This document shows, piece after piece, positions 12,785 to 25,751 of a DNA stretch of 64,000 bases (position 1 is its first letter; each line of letters begins with the position of its first letter). The stretch lies in the NCBI GenBank assembly GCA_045837725.1, contig JBEWZL010000123.1, forward strand, positions 62,001 to 126,000. Reading direction: 5' to 3'. The DNA comes from Vermamoeba vermiformis (Eukaryota). The notes beneath the pieces are model-generated. The model saw only the letters and a list, made by a program, of their open reading frames with translations. It did not search any database and had not been told where the DNA came from. Position numbers and translations under genes: made by a program.

Positions 12785-14835
12785 TTAAGCGGTGTCTTTG
12801 TCGCTTAACTTCAATTTAGTCACGAGCAAGTGAGATTGATTCGGCACTGTGCCTTTATCCAGCCACTGCCTCAGCATGATCGGTGATACCGCGCCTTGGA
12901 TGGCTTGTTGCAGCGAATTTTGCAGATCTTGCTTGGAATTGAACACGGTGGTGGTGTGGGTCTGAGTGTTCGTCAGTGCGTAGCCGATGAACTTCCTCTT
13001 AGCTACGTGTGGCACGGCTGGGTTCTCAATCTTGTCTTGAGACAATCGCCGTTTAATGCCTTGAGGTTGATTGGCGATCAGTCGCTTGGCTGACAGGACA
13101 AAATTAGCCACGCTGGGGTACGCAGTGTAACCCTTGACCACACGCTTCAACAGTCTGAAGCAGCAATCGACGATTTGTGTTGAATTTCGCGGCTGTGGTG
13201 GTGCTTCACCGAATTGAATGCACAGCGCGGTGAGTGAGCGTGCTGAAGCTGAGACCAGTGACGGTGCAACGACCGCAAGTAATTGCGACAAGGCCACAGT
13301 GCTGAACGCTGGTGGTGGCATTCCTGCGCGACGGTAATTGGCAGCAATGCGGGCCTCGAATGTGGCAGGACGAGGTACGACAATGACGATATTTTGACCT
13401 TGCGCCGCTAACCACGACGAGAACTGTGCTCCGACCTCATTAAACGGACGCGCATTCAGTTCAGTCAAGTTCTTCTTGGAAAATCGGTGCTTGACTTTGA
13501 CGTCCTTGTCGATGACACCTGTGGGCATAATGTGCGCCATGAACACTCTGTTTGTTGTCACGCACATGGCACAGATCTGCACGAGTTCAGCCTCTTCAGT
13601 CTTGTTCGTCGGACTGGCGTGAGCAATGACCACAGAGTACTCGTCACTCACTGCACTGTTGACGCGCAAGAACGACATAGCTTGAGCACTGCTGTCCCTG
13701 GCAAGTGAAGTTAGTACGTGAGTTCCTGCCTGTCAATGCGCATGTCACTTACTTGGCCAGATCAAACACAGACTTGATGCGGTCGTCAGTGATGTTGCGC
13801 TCAAAGTTCTCAGTCACCACGAGTCCCGGTCCTTGTGTGGGCTTCTCGACTTCCATTTTAATCACTGGTCGGTCCTCGTGATTGAGCAGATCGAAGATCT
13901 TGTTCGAGAAGTGCATATTTGAAGAGGATACAGGGGGTGCAATGGGCGAGGCAATGGTGAGATTGATGGTAGGCAGTCTGTTGGCCATGCTGCTGCTCTC
14001 GTCCATCGCCTCTGTCTTCACCGCCGCTGCGTTGTCTTCGCTCTTCACGACCTCCACAATGCTCGGAGTGCTGGGCGCAGTGTTCGTGTTGCTCGGTGTG
14101 CCGGGTACACTCACTACGAGCTTGTCGCTGCTGTGCGTCAGATCTATCACGCCCGCTGAACTTTTTCGGGTCAGCAGTGGATCAGTCATGGGCTGATCAC
14201 GCTGCGTGCTCTCCAATTTGATTTGTTCTTGGCGCTGCTTTTGTCGCAGTTGATTCAACTTGGCTTGCAAGTCTTGTTGTAATTGCGCTGAACTCGCGGG
14301 TCTGTGTGGACCGGTCATGATCTGTTTCATGGCGAGGGCTATTTGCGTTGTGTCGCTGATCTTCATCATCATCACTTTGGTGAATTGATCTTCGCTCTTG
14401 CTCTTCATAAAGGTCGCGAGTTCAAACTGTAAAGCTGAGTCCTTGATCTGTCAAAACGGGAAAGGTAAATTATTTTGCATATTTAACGCTATGAATAGCG
14501 ACACTAGCATCATATTAATTATATTACAACGGTTGAATGGTCGTTGATTCGCAAGATTACAAGACAAAGACACGTGGAATTTTACAAGAACAAGTTGTGA
14601 TATTAATAGCGCTGAATTTACCTTGCGGTCAGATACTTTTGAGTCTTCGGTATGCGCGGCATTCAAATTTGTAATCGCTTCGACTCTAATTATTATAATA
14701 ATCAGTATTTTTAAGCATTAATTAGCGCTCGATCGGAGAAATAAAAGCTTACAATTTGTTTAATAATGTTGCTCGAAGCTCCGCCGTTCGAGGCTTTTGC
14801 TTCCAAGACATATTTGGCTGTTGTACCGCTTCCAT
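12785..14835 (-). CDS. KIX domain + low-complexity linker + degenerate DEDDh(DnaQ)-like domain + NUMOD1-like C-terminus (4 exons)
   Basis: Spliced N-terminus MEAVQQPNMSWKQKPRTAELRATLLNKL|VEAITNL..RK|IKDSALQFELATFMKSKSEDQFTKVMMMKI resembles a MED15-type KIX domain. Intron 13698-13752 joins ORF 13749-14408 in frame to ORF 12785-13678. Confidence 0.65.
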
Positions 14836-15353
14836 TGCTTGAGAGGAACAAAACGGATTTGCATCGAAGTTGTTACGCGGGTATAGCGGGGCGGACCGCG
14901 AATAAGTGATAATAATTCGCAAGCGTTGTGTGCTGCTTGTGTCAGGAGACGGGGAATAAGTTTTCTTTCTTTTTTTTCGCCCTTTGTCAATTTTCGTTTT
15001 TGCGTATTTGAATTTTATACGAAGACAATTTCCAACTGCTCCACATGGCTGTCCACGTTGATGTAGTAACCATAACTGCTGGAATTTAGGATTGCACATG
15101 CCTTACATGCTTTACAGCACGCCACCACCGCGTGGAAGTATTTTGAGTGGATCTACTATCTTTAACAATCCCCATCTCTCTCTCAATTATACTCACTTAA
15201 TTAATTTGATACCTAACCTGGCGCGTACCAGTGCTTACCTTGAGGAGTTTGACTTTGTTTGACCGCACTTTGTTCTGTCAGCAAAATTATCCCGTTTGAA
15301 ATGTTGCTATTTTTCATAATTAACAGAGAGCGAGCTCAATAACAAACTTTAAA

Positions 15354-16303
15354 ATGTCCAAGAGTGATAACGACGATTTTGCTGATATCCCAGTTGCTGC
15401 TGAAACCGAAACTGGTGCCAACGAGCTCATCGTGTTTTTCATCAACAGCGCTGTTGTTTCTGCTGTCCCTATCTGTAAGTAGTCCTATACCTCGATTTTA
15501 TTAGTTGCTTTTGAAGGCGTATTATTGATTAATATTGAATAATTACGTGTATTTCGATTTTATTTTTCAGATGGAAAATATTTCAAAAAAAATATCTTGA
15601 CCAAGCCTTTGCATTATTTAGCATTCAAATATTAATTATACGAATTATCGCAGATCTCTTCACCTCCATTTTCAAGTTCTCTCTCTCTGAAAACTTCCTC
15701 TACTATGCCGTCGTCACTCTGGTTTCTGCCGTGCTTTTGACCATGGCTTATAAGAATGTTGCCGCTGCCAAGCGAAGCAAGTATGTATTAATTCATTAAT
15801 GTTCATATTGACGATGATAACAGCATTAGAACTCGAATATTTAAATTAATTTTTTTTCAGATTGTTTGCTGCTCGATCTGGCCTCGTCAGCAGAACTTCT
15901 CTTGGTCTTCCTAAGACCGCCTCTGCTGTAAGTAAAAAATATTAAATATTTATTTGCGCAATATTTCCATTTGTAATCGCTGTACTCAAATATTGACCTT
16001 TTGACTCGTAACAGCAAGAAAAGAAGAAGGCCTTGTCTGAAGCTCGTGAAAAGCAAGCCGCAGTGACCTCAACTGAAGCAATGACCTACTCTATCCTCTA
16101 CAACAGCTTGTTCTTCTTCATCTTTGTTGCTTTCTTGTCTGCTTACATTTTCCACTCGATCCCCACTAACTTGTAAGTATACGACGTGTCTAATGGTGCA
16201 TATATGCATAATAAGTTACTAATATAACGCTCTTATTAGCAACTACGTCCTCTCTTACGGTATTGCCGCTGGATTGGTTTTCTACTCGTCAAACAAGTAC
16301 TAA
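15354..16303 (+). CDS. SSR3: Translocon-associated protein gamma (multi-exon)
   Basis: FFINSAVVSAVPIYLF..LLTMAYKNV..EAMTYSILYNSLFF..NYVLS; four hydrophobic segments. Confidence 0.9.
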
Positions 16304-16661
16304 GCTAGATAATAAGCAATCAAGTAGAATGGTCTACAACAGACTAACAACAATAACTTATAATGTCGTACTACTAGTAACTGAACAATAAAGGCTGTTA
16401 CAATAATTCAAACTAATTTTGATAATTTTTTTATTGATTACGCGAGGTCACGTTATCTGTCAGTGTAATTTGACTCGTTGAACAGTTATCACACATAAGG
16501 TAAGTCGTTAAAGTCTGCAAGAGTATTGCAAGGTCGAATTAAGCGCGGGCATTAAAGAAATTTGGAAGTGGATCCGTGTTTGAACTAAATCCAATACTTA
16601 TTTCAACTTGCACTGAAAATATTTTCTAAAATTTTATAATAAATATCATATTTTTTAGAAC

Positions 16662-17129
16662 ATGTTGTCGTTGCGCAAGAACCTCTGGTCGGCACTGACG
16701 TCCGTGTCGAGAACATCCGTCTCAAAAACGACTCGCAGCTCGTTGTTTATGACCAGCCGAAGACAATACAGCAATGAAAAACAAGACGAGATTACAATTA
16801 AAGTCAATTTACCGCGCAAGATGTACACTGAAGACGAGCCTGAAAAATTGAAACGATCCATCGAGTGGCGATCGAAAGAGCGTGGCATGTTAGAGACTGA
16901 GCTGGTATTTCAATCATTTACTAAAAAGTACTTGGGCAAGCTGTCCTTGGCACAGATGAAAGAATATCAACACGTGTTGAATGACTACGACGAGCCAGAT
17001 CTCTGGAACTATTTGACCGACACTGACAAGGTCCCTGAACGACTGCAACAATCTGAAATGTGGCATATGATTCGCAAACATATGAGCGAGAACTCTTTGA
17101 ACACCAAATTGAAGAAGGGCAAGCAATAA
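16662..17129 (+). CDS. SDHAF2: Succinate dehydrogenase assembly factor 2 (Sdh5), mitochondrial
   Basis: Arg/Ser-rich presequence; WRSKERGMLETELV..F..KY..L..Y..DEPDLWNY. Confidence 0.9.
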   Translation: MLSLRKNLWSALTSVSRTSVSKTTRSSLFMTSRRQYSNEKQDEITIKVNLPRKMYTEDEPEKLKRSIEWRSKERGMLETELVFQSFTKKYLGKLSLAQMKEYQHVLNDYDEPDLWNYLTDTDKVPERLQQSEMWHMIRKHMSENSLNTKLKKGKQ

Positions 17130-17249
17130 TCATTCAAACAGGACCGAGCTGAGCTTTGTACTGGATCTTGTAAATTAATACTATTTCGCTTATTTCGATA
17201 TATAAATCACTACCATATTCCCAATGTAATGAAGAGTGCTATTTATTCA

Positions 17250-19391
17250 TCAGTTTTCATATAAAACAAGAGATAGCCTTCACTGCGCAGCGCACTTTCA
17301 ACGGGCACTTGCACGACGTAATTGTCATCAGCCCAGTACCAACGATCACTGTGTCGTATATAACATGTGTAGTGCCCATTGTCGATGTTGCCAATGTGAT
17401 TTACAACTGCGCATAATTGATAGCCTTCGAGTTTCTCTTCGATTTGTTCATTGGCGGATCTGAAGACGCATCAGTTAGCAATAAGCAAAAGTGATAATAG
17501 ATAGCTACGTACTTTAATAGACTGCTGGCCATATAAGGGGACATATTGAGCTCTTCAGGGAACTCAACAAAAGTGTCAATTTTCTGACTAGTGCCGTTGA
17601 TCATTTGTTTGAACCGCTGTGACAGGTGTTAGCGCTATAGTAATAATAATATTCGGCTGTATATTGAGTACCTTGACATGAAAGGTGAGTATGCGCGGCA
17701 AGGACTTGAAAGACATCTGTTTGATAGACTCTTGATATGAATTACAATTTGTACATTTGATTTTTTGATCGCTGCCCAGTGACTCAGCTTGTGTGAATCT
17801 GATAGGGGTGTTAAATGATGCGTATAATATATAGATACGTACTTGTTGAGACAGTCCCATAGTGTGGTCATGCCTGCTTCAGAATCTTCTTCGTCATTTT
17901 TTTCTGCGAATAATACGAATTAGCACGAGAGCAGTACTGAGTGACTATGACGCTCTTACTTCGCTTTTTGAGCTTGGGGAAGTCCAATGACACGTCGAAG
18001 AATGGCTCGTACGTGGTCGATTTGTTGTTGCAGTGTTTGCAGGTCAGATCTGAGCGCATTGACCCGCTGAATAGCCGATGAATTATACATTGACAGTCAT
18101 TTGCCGAACCTGCAGGTGTCAGTTAGAGCGGCACTAGGGGTGTGATGTGACACGCGTACCTTCACAGTGCGAGTGAATGCCATCGAGACACGACATTAAG
18201 AACTCGTGTGCATCTTGTTGGTCATAGCCAGCCAAGTTGAGACTGTACTTCCAAATACTGTACATCTGTAGTTAGCAGTCAAGGAGTGATAACAGAGTAT
18301 AATAGGGGTGTTAGAGTGGCAGTTAGGTGCATCAACAGGATACAAAGTGGTGCGGTGAGAATGGAGTGGTGGCCCCGCTGAACATAGTGGTGAATATAGC
18401 GTCCATTTCACAGCCGAGACAGAACTGCTCGCGCTTGTTCTTGGTGACGGCACACGTGAGGGGATTGTGTTTGTCTGACAGGAAGTAGTCGCGCAGTTCT
18501 GGCAAGTGCACGAAGGTCTGTAGAATGCAGTTCATGAAGCACGTGTTGCCCATGTTGTAGAGGCCGCGCAGTCCTGTGGCAAGGTGCCAGGTGAGCTGCG
18601 TGTGAAACAGGTAAGTAGCGTGGTACTCACCAACATTCTGATTTGAGATGACGAGCCGTTTGGAGGCTGTCTTCAGTTCATCGAGGTCGCTAGATGTAGG
18701 CTGCCACACAGCACTCGGCGTGTCAGTCGCTGGATCTGCATTGAAGAGCGGTTAATTGCGCGGATCAACCGACCAATGCCACTGACAGTCAATGACTTAC
18801 CAACAACTTTCCGTCGCTTGGACGCGTGTTTATTATATTCTATTTGTGGTATTATGTCGAAATCAACGTCGTAAACGTAATCTTTGCACAGATGGCAGTA
18901 GATCTCGTTCACCGTGCCGTCCACAGCTTCAAAAAATACAACAAAAAAATCAGATTTAAGAAAAGTGGAAAGTTTCGATGAGCCATAATAAATTAATAAA
19001 TAATTTAATGCCAAATAATTTTCTTACCGAAGACGTGTTTCGTTTTGTCAAAGTGTTCGCGGATGTGTTTGCCCTGCCAACAGCCAATAAATACACAATG
19101 CAAACAGTATAAAAACCGACTGCCACCACTCTTGAAGCCACAAATATGGCATTTGGGGATTGGGACCTGCTATAATTATTGAGTTTTTGCACGTCGAATT
19201 TTAAACTTGTGATCTAGCTTGCAAATCCATACCTTTGTACGGTCGGATGTAACGGACTTGTATGATTTGATATAATTTACAACTGATTTATAATTTTGAC
19301 TGATTGCCTCTTTGTGTTCCTTCAGATGGGGGCAGCCTCGCCCAGGTACTGTTGATTGACTTGCACAACACTTGGTGTCCTCTAAATCCAT
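17250..19391 (-). CDS. USP22: SAGA deubiquitinase USP22/Ubp8 (multi-exon)
   Basis: ZnF-UBP (CPHL..CLHCVFIGC..IYCHLCKDYVYD), GLRGLYNMGNTCFMNCILQ Cys box, GYDQQDAHEF, His box GHYTC..W...DD, EGYL..YE. Confidence 0.92.
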
Positions 19392-19599
19392 TTACAATTA
19401 TTTACATAAGATATATTAACAGTTGTGTTGCTGCAGTGCGTGCAGAGGGCTACAAATAATCAACCAGGGACTTGTGTTTTTGAAATTCCTCCCAGTGCAG
19501 TGAAAAATTCAAAGAGCAAACGAAAAATTTGATGTCACGCTAAAAATTAACATTATTTGTTCTAAAGACTATAAGAGACTATTATATAGCACGGATATA

Positions 19600-21421
19600 A
19601 TGGCTGACGCTCAATTTAAAGACTTGTTGGCCACCGCCAAAACTTTGAAAGACAACAAAAAAGATGCCGAGGCTATTAATGCTTTAGAAAAACTTATTGC
19701 TACTGGTAATTATTACATTATACATACAAATATTTTTACGAAGCATTCCGATGATTTGGCTCATTATTATTTTCAGATGGACAAACAAACGAAATTATTA
19801 AAATTAAGGAAGGTGCAATTAAATCTTTGGCAGAATTATACGCTAAGCAAGGGTATGTATATGCATTTGCACGAATATTTACGCTTGAATTGATTGTTTT
19901 AAAAATTGAAAAATTTTCAATCTGAGTGCTAATCATTTTTACGCAGCAAAACACAACAATTGAGTTCTTTATTGGTTAATTTGCGCCCATTTTTCAATGT
20001 CATTACTAAGGCGAAAACAGCTAAAGTTGGTACGTAGACTCAGCCCTGCAATTAATTTTGAAAATTATTCAAATTTCTAATTAATTTTATTATGCATTTA
20101 GTGCGCTCTGTCATTGACTCTTTGTCGACTGTTCCTAATGCCGAGAAAGAACAAATTGCCTTGTTGACTGAAAGCATTGCCTGGACCAAGCAAGAGAAGC
20201 GCTCATTCTTGCGCCAAAGACTCGAGAGCCGATTGGCTGCTTGGTACGTGCCACGATCGATTATACTACCATATTAATATAGTCGATACATTTCATCACA
20301 ATGTGGGACTGACACTCTATTCCCAGCTATTTCAAGACACGCGACTACTCAGCCTCGCTCAATTTGATCACCAAGTTGTTGCGCGAGGTCAAGAAGTTGG
20401 ACGACAAGCCGCTCTTGGTTGAAATCTTCTTGCTTGAGAGTCACGTCCACCACGCCATTGGTCACTTGCCCAAGGCTCGCGTAAGTCCCCTCGCAGTCAA
20501 TATTATACTCACACGTGCTCACCTCCATTAATTGCCTCAGGCTGCATTGACCTCTGCACGCACAGCTGCCAATGCAATCTACTGCTCGCCCTCACTGCAA
20601 GCAGACCTCGATATTCAGAGCGGTACTCTGCACGCTGAAGAACGCGACTACAAGACAGGCTACTCGTACTTTTACGAAGCCTTTGAGAACTACACAGCTG
20701 CCAACAGTCCCAAGGCCGTGCTGTGCTTGAAATACATGTTGCTCTGCAAGATTATGACCAACAGCGTACGTAACACTCGTGCTTGATATGAGTGCAATGA
20801 CTGACACCTCGCACAGCCCGAAGACGTCTCTGGTCTCATCAACGGCAAATTGGCTCTGCGCTACGCCAGTGTAGAGCTCGAGGCCATGCGCGCCATTGCT
20901 GAAGCCCACACCAAGCGCAGTTTGAGACTGTTCCAAGACACCATTCAGAAGTACAAGAGCGAAGTCGATGGTGATCCCATCATTCACCGCCACTTGAACG
21001 AGCTCTACGACAACTTGCTCGAGCTCAACTTGAACAAGATCATTGAGCCCTTCTCCTGCGTGGAGATTGCTCACGTCGCCAGTCTGATCGAGCTGAGCGT
21101 GCCTGTCGTTGAAAAGAAGTTGTCGCAAATGATTCTAGACAAGAAGTTGGCCGGCATTCTCGACCAGGGCAACGGCTGTCTCATTGTGTTCGACGAACAA
21201 ACGCGTGATGTAAGTCACTTGTCGCTGCTCTGCTCGCATGTCATGGACTCGATGAGCTGTGGTGTGTTGGCATATGGACACGACTACTCTAGTGTTGTAA
21301 TTAGCAGGGGTATTAACAAGCTCTATTCTCATAGGAAATCTACCCGACCAGTCTCGACACCATCGATAACCTCGGCAAGGTCGTGGACAGTTTGTACAGC
21401 AAGGCCAGCAAGCTCTCTTAA
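19600..21421 (+). CDS. PSMD11: 26S proteasome lid subunit RPN6 (multi-exon)
   Basis: [51 protein letters not shown] domain [17 protein letters not shown]. Confidence 0.96.
21236..21321 (+). ncRNA. Candidate intronic box H/ACA snoRNA in the last RPN6 intron
   Basis: Hairpin (ATGTCA/TGGCAT), then ACACGA (ANANNA), then hairpin (TACTCT/GGGGTA; TGTTG/TAGCA), then ACA, inside a 125-nt intron. Confidence 0.4.
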
Positions 21422-21586
21422 GACTCAAAGTGACGTATTAAACGTCAATATATGTTAGCTCGTGTTGATATATTTAAGTAAGCAGCTCGAGTTATCAATA
21501 AAGCTTCACCTCAACATTATTTTTTTGTTTTAAATAATGTTCAACACCAGATCTGAGCAGTAAATCTGTTCTACTGAACATCAAAC

Positions 21587-22157
21587 ATGGATAATATGCG
21601 TACTATTAACAATGACATTACCTCCTTTGTTACAGGAGTTGAACAGATCAACAGTAAAGCTCTTGAAATTGCAGAAAGCTGTAACAAGCAAGCAGTATTT
21701 TATAAGGTAATTATACGCATTTCTACGCACGTATGATGTGCGGTTGAATTTTTTCTAATTACCGATAATAATTTTTTATTTTTGGATCTGTCTAAAAGAG
21801 CCTTTAGGAGCGAGACAAGTTCATTTTGGCATTTAGAAGATATATTAAAGAAAATAATCTCAAAATTAGCGCAGCACTGTTTAAAATTTCAGGCGTGGAT
21901 GTGGATATTTATGACTTCTTCTGTCAAATTAGGAAACACGGTGGACTCGCGGAGGTATGTAGGCCTATGTCTCGTTAATAGCACTATTGACATATGATGG
22001 CGTACTTTAGGTCTGTAAGATGTGCATGTGGTGCGAGATCTGGAAAGAACTAGCGAACACGAGCGATATGATCAGTGTTGAGACTGAGACGAAGCTGCGT
22101 GACTTGTACTGCGACTATTTGTTGCCATTTGAATACTATTTGAAGAAAGCTGAGTGA
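21587..22157 (+). CDS. Small stand-alone ARID/BRIGHT-domain protein, 137 aa (exons 21587-21706, 21808-21954, 22011-22157)
   Basis: Spliced: ERDKFILAFRRYIKENNLKI..ISGVDVDIYDFFCQIRKHGGLAE|VCKMCMWCEIWKEL..KLRDLYCDYLLPFE, matching the ARID consensus. Both introns are GT-AG and phase 0. Confidence 0.85.
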
Positions 22158-22320
22158 TTGGACGCACATGAAGAATAAGATAATCTTAAGGAATAGCACA
22201 GCTAGTTTGCACTCAGTACACGGAGCAGAGAAGGAGTTGAAATTGTATTGTACGTCATTAGATAGATGCATTGTTGTTCGTATTAAAGTGGTTTATTTGC
22301 TTCGCCTATTCACATGATGA

Positions 22321-25300
22321 TTACAGATCTGAGGTCTTCTTTCGCTTGTTTTTCTTTTCTTGTTTGAATTCGTGCTGCTGATCTTCCAAGAATCGCCAGA
22401 TCTCTTTTTGTTTCTTCTGCTTATCTTCTTGTTCTTGTTTCCAGCGCTCCATGCGTTGTTTTTCAATGAACACAGAGTCCTTCTTGAGCTCTCGTTCAGC
22501 GCCCTTGAGTTCGGCTTTGTATTTGCGCTGCAACAATTTGTGCTCGCGCTGTTCTTTGTTCTTGTCCTTGAGCTTGCCTGGATTGTATCTGCAAACAATA
22601 ATTAGCATCATGTTTGACAGGTGTCAAATCGAGTGTCACGTACTCGTCCTCTTTAAAGGCAGGTGTCAAGCTCTTGATTGGCTCGGGCTTGACTTCGTGC
22701 AGTGTGAGTGGCGAGCGCTTGCCTTCGAGCTCAGTGGCACTCTTGGAGATGAGATTGGCCGTGGCAGTGATCATCTTCATGATCGGTGTGGGCAACAATG
22801 TAGGCACTGCGCGCAACAGCTTGGTGGCAGTGTGCAGCAAGGGGACACAGCCACTCGCGTAGTCACTCTCAGCGGTGATCTTGCACAGTGTTTTGAGGGA
22901 GTGCACTGCTGCTGATAGTGCCACGCTCTTCACCATACGAGCACCGTGTGTGGTCTCAGGTGTGCTGTCACGCACCAACCAGCTGACATCTAAAGGAGGA
23001 ACAACTTCTTCTTGCTCTGGCTTGTCGTCTTTTTGATCGCTCTTTCGTTTTTTGTTCTTGTTATTTTCAGGGGTCTTAGCTTGAGTTTGTTTTGGTTCAA
23101 CTGTAACAGCTGCCTTGGCAATGAATGTGAGGGGTTGGAAGGGGACTTGAGTGGCGCTGTTGTTGACAACAAATGCGTGCACCACTGAGAGCAAGAACGC
23201 AAAGATTTCAGGCACAAATCTCTTGGCAGTCTCGATGTACTGAGAGGTGTTAGAGGGCGTCATTAAAGCGACGAAGAACAAAGACTTACGTGAATGAACA
23301 CATCGGCCAGTAAAAGCATATTTAACAACGTCTTAGTGTTGGTAACTGGCACGCGCGAGAGGTGATTGGCCATCATTAAAACGGCGGGAGTAACGACCAC
23401 GTGGCGCTTGTCAGTGATCGGCCAGATATTTGACAACATCTTCAACAACAAGACTTGGTCGAGTGTCACCCATTCTGCACGATCATTAGTTAAAAAGTAC
23501 TAATTTAAAATAGATGACGCTTACCAATATCCGCTGAAGCATCTTGGTCGAATTTGTTCAGTTTGTGCTGCAAATCAAGTTGCATTTTTATAATAAAATC
23601 ACGTGCAACGTGCGCAGCAAAGTCAGGGAATTGTTGCGAGAGTTCGAAGAGTGGCACGTTCAAAATGTCAATGGCTGACATTTGCACGGGGACTTGGCGT
23701 GCACACCACATGAGTCTCTTGATCAAATAGCCGTAGAAGTGCTGAATATCAGTGTTAATTAGCAGTCACATGACATTCATTCTCGTCTTACCTTCATGAC
23801 CTCTTTGTTCTCTGGCAACAAGGACACGTGATAGCAAGTGCGCAATCGCTTGATGATGGTGTATTGACGCACCACGGACTGGTTCTTCATCAGCTGATTG
23901 AACTCTTTGAATGAGGGCGGCATGCCAATAGTGAAAGGAATCTCCGCCGTGGGCTCAAGGTCCGTGATTTGCGTGTACTTGTTGTGCTTGTTCAACAAAC
24001 TGCTCAGTGGCGGCAAGGTGCTCAAGCCGCGCTGTTCAAACAGACTCGTGCCAGCACTCTCACTCGCTGATGCCTCGTCACTCATCGCGTCCTCACCGTC
24101 CTCTTGTTCACCGTCACCATTCTCCTCGTCACTGTTCACGTCATTGGCCTCGCTGTCTTCCTCACCAGGGGGCAAGATGTTGGTGTAGTCTTCATCGCCC
24201 AAGTCATCCGCTGACACGCGTTTGCTCTTGACAGCAGCCTGTTGAGATGCTTCTTCTTCGCTCTCCTCGTCCTCGTGCTCCTCAGGCTCTTGATTCATGC
24301 GCTTCAATCGTGCGCGTTCAAGTTGCTCGAGCCGTTCTCGTTCAGCCAAAGCAATCTGTTCTGCAGTGCGCAAGGCATTGGTGGGCTGAGCACGAGGCTC
24401 GAAGATCATTTGACGCATCAGCTTGTCGTACTCATCGACATTGGTGTCGTCTTTGAACAGCGGCAGATCGCCCTCGTGTTCTTCATCAGCCTCTTTGTCT
24501 CTGAACGACAATAAGTCGCGAATGCTCGTGAAGTCTTCGTCCAACTTCTCGGTCAGTTGACTGCGCTCTTCACGCGCACGAGCTTTTTGAGCCTATTTGC
24601 TGATTAGTATCGACTGATGCAGCAGTCATATCGCGCGGTGTACCTTGTAGAACTTGCTCTTGGCAATGATTTCTTCCATCACCTCTTTCTTGGTCTTAGG
24701 TCTGCCCTCTGGACCGTCGTCTTTCTTGCGCATCAGACCGCCAAAGTGATACTCGTCGACAATCTCTTCGTCAATCTCGCCGCGGTCATCGTCGTCTGAG
24801 TTGTAGTCGTCTTTGAAGTCGTCGAGTGTGGACAGCGATTGACCCATGTGCGTCAAATCCTCTTCGTCCAGATTGTACATTGATCGCTTCGACAATTGTT
24901 TCTAAACGATGCAAAATTAGCCTGAATTTATAAACTGGTGCGATCTGATCGCGATCTGAGGCCATGTATTGAATGTAACATACTTGTCTGGTCTTTTGGA
25001 AACGAGCCAACATCTTTTCTTCATAGCTCATATTGTTGTCATTTTCACCAATACGTCTGTCCACGAACTTGTTGTCCTTCGATCGCGCAGCAAATTCGAG
25101 ACCAAGAGTGTTTTTTCTCTGTTTAAATAATTTTAGAAAATATATCGTTATAGGGCCACTAATACAATCGGGTTTCTGAATTAATTACGTTCTCGTTAAA
25201 TTAACGATCAGATCCAATTTTTATATTTTGTATTGAAACGGTTAATAATCAAATATGCATAATATAAATATTAATATTGCACCATGTTATTCCTAATTAC

Positions 25301-25462
25301 CTTTTGCTCAGCTCGACTGCGTGACTGACTCAATCGGACATCTCGACCGATCACCTTCTTGCCCAGCACATCAAATTTGACTTTTTGACTGCGGTTTTCA
25401 AAAGGATTTTCCTTACGCTCATTATTCTTCTTTTTATTAATCACTTTCGCAACCTTGCTCAT
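22321..25462 (-). CDS. NOP14: Nucleolar protein 14 (multi-exon)
   Basis: NPFE..KFDVLG, FVDRRIGE, LTHMGQSL, KTKKEVMEEIIAKSKFYK, AQPTNALRT, D-x-RHVVVTPA, KRFVPE, ELKGAERELKKDSVF. Confidence 0.95.
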
Positions 25463-25751
25463 CTTGGATCTGGATGCGATGCGTTCTTGTTTCTGTAACT
25501 GTCGCTATCCACAAATTCACCACTCTAAAAGCAAGATCGTAGTGGTTGCAAGGAAAGATAAATACGAATGAAACGCGTCAAAAACTGTCCCAGGTGTGCG
25601 ATCCAAAAAAACCACGTGCCAACCAGGATCGAGAATACTACATTACATTTATTATCGTCTTATTATTACATGAGACGGATTATACGAACAAAATTGCTTA
25701 ATCGAGCCTAAAAAAAGACAAATTAGCACTTATGCCTCTGTGGATCCACAT

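Noticed and set aside
14836-15317. Upstream part of ORF 14749-15099 and a possible further 5' exon at 15239-15317
   Set aside because: It reads like UTR or promoter sequence, and I found no in-frame splice to the KIX exon; ATG 14835 is the simpler start.
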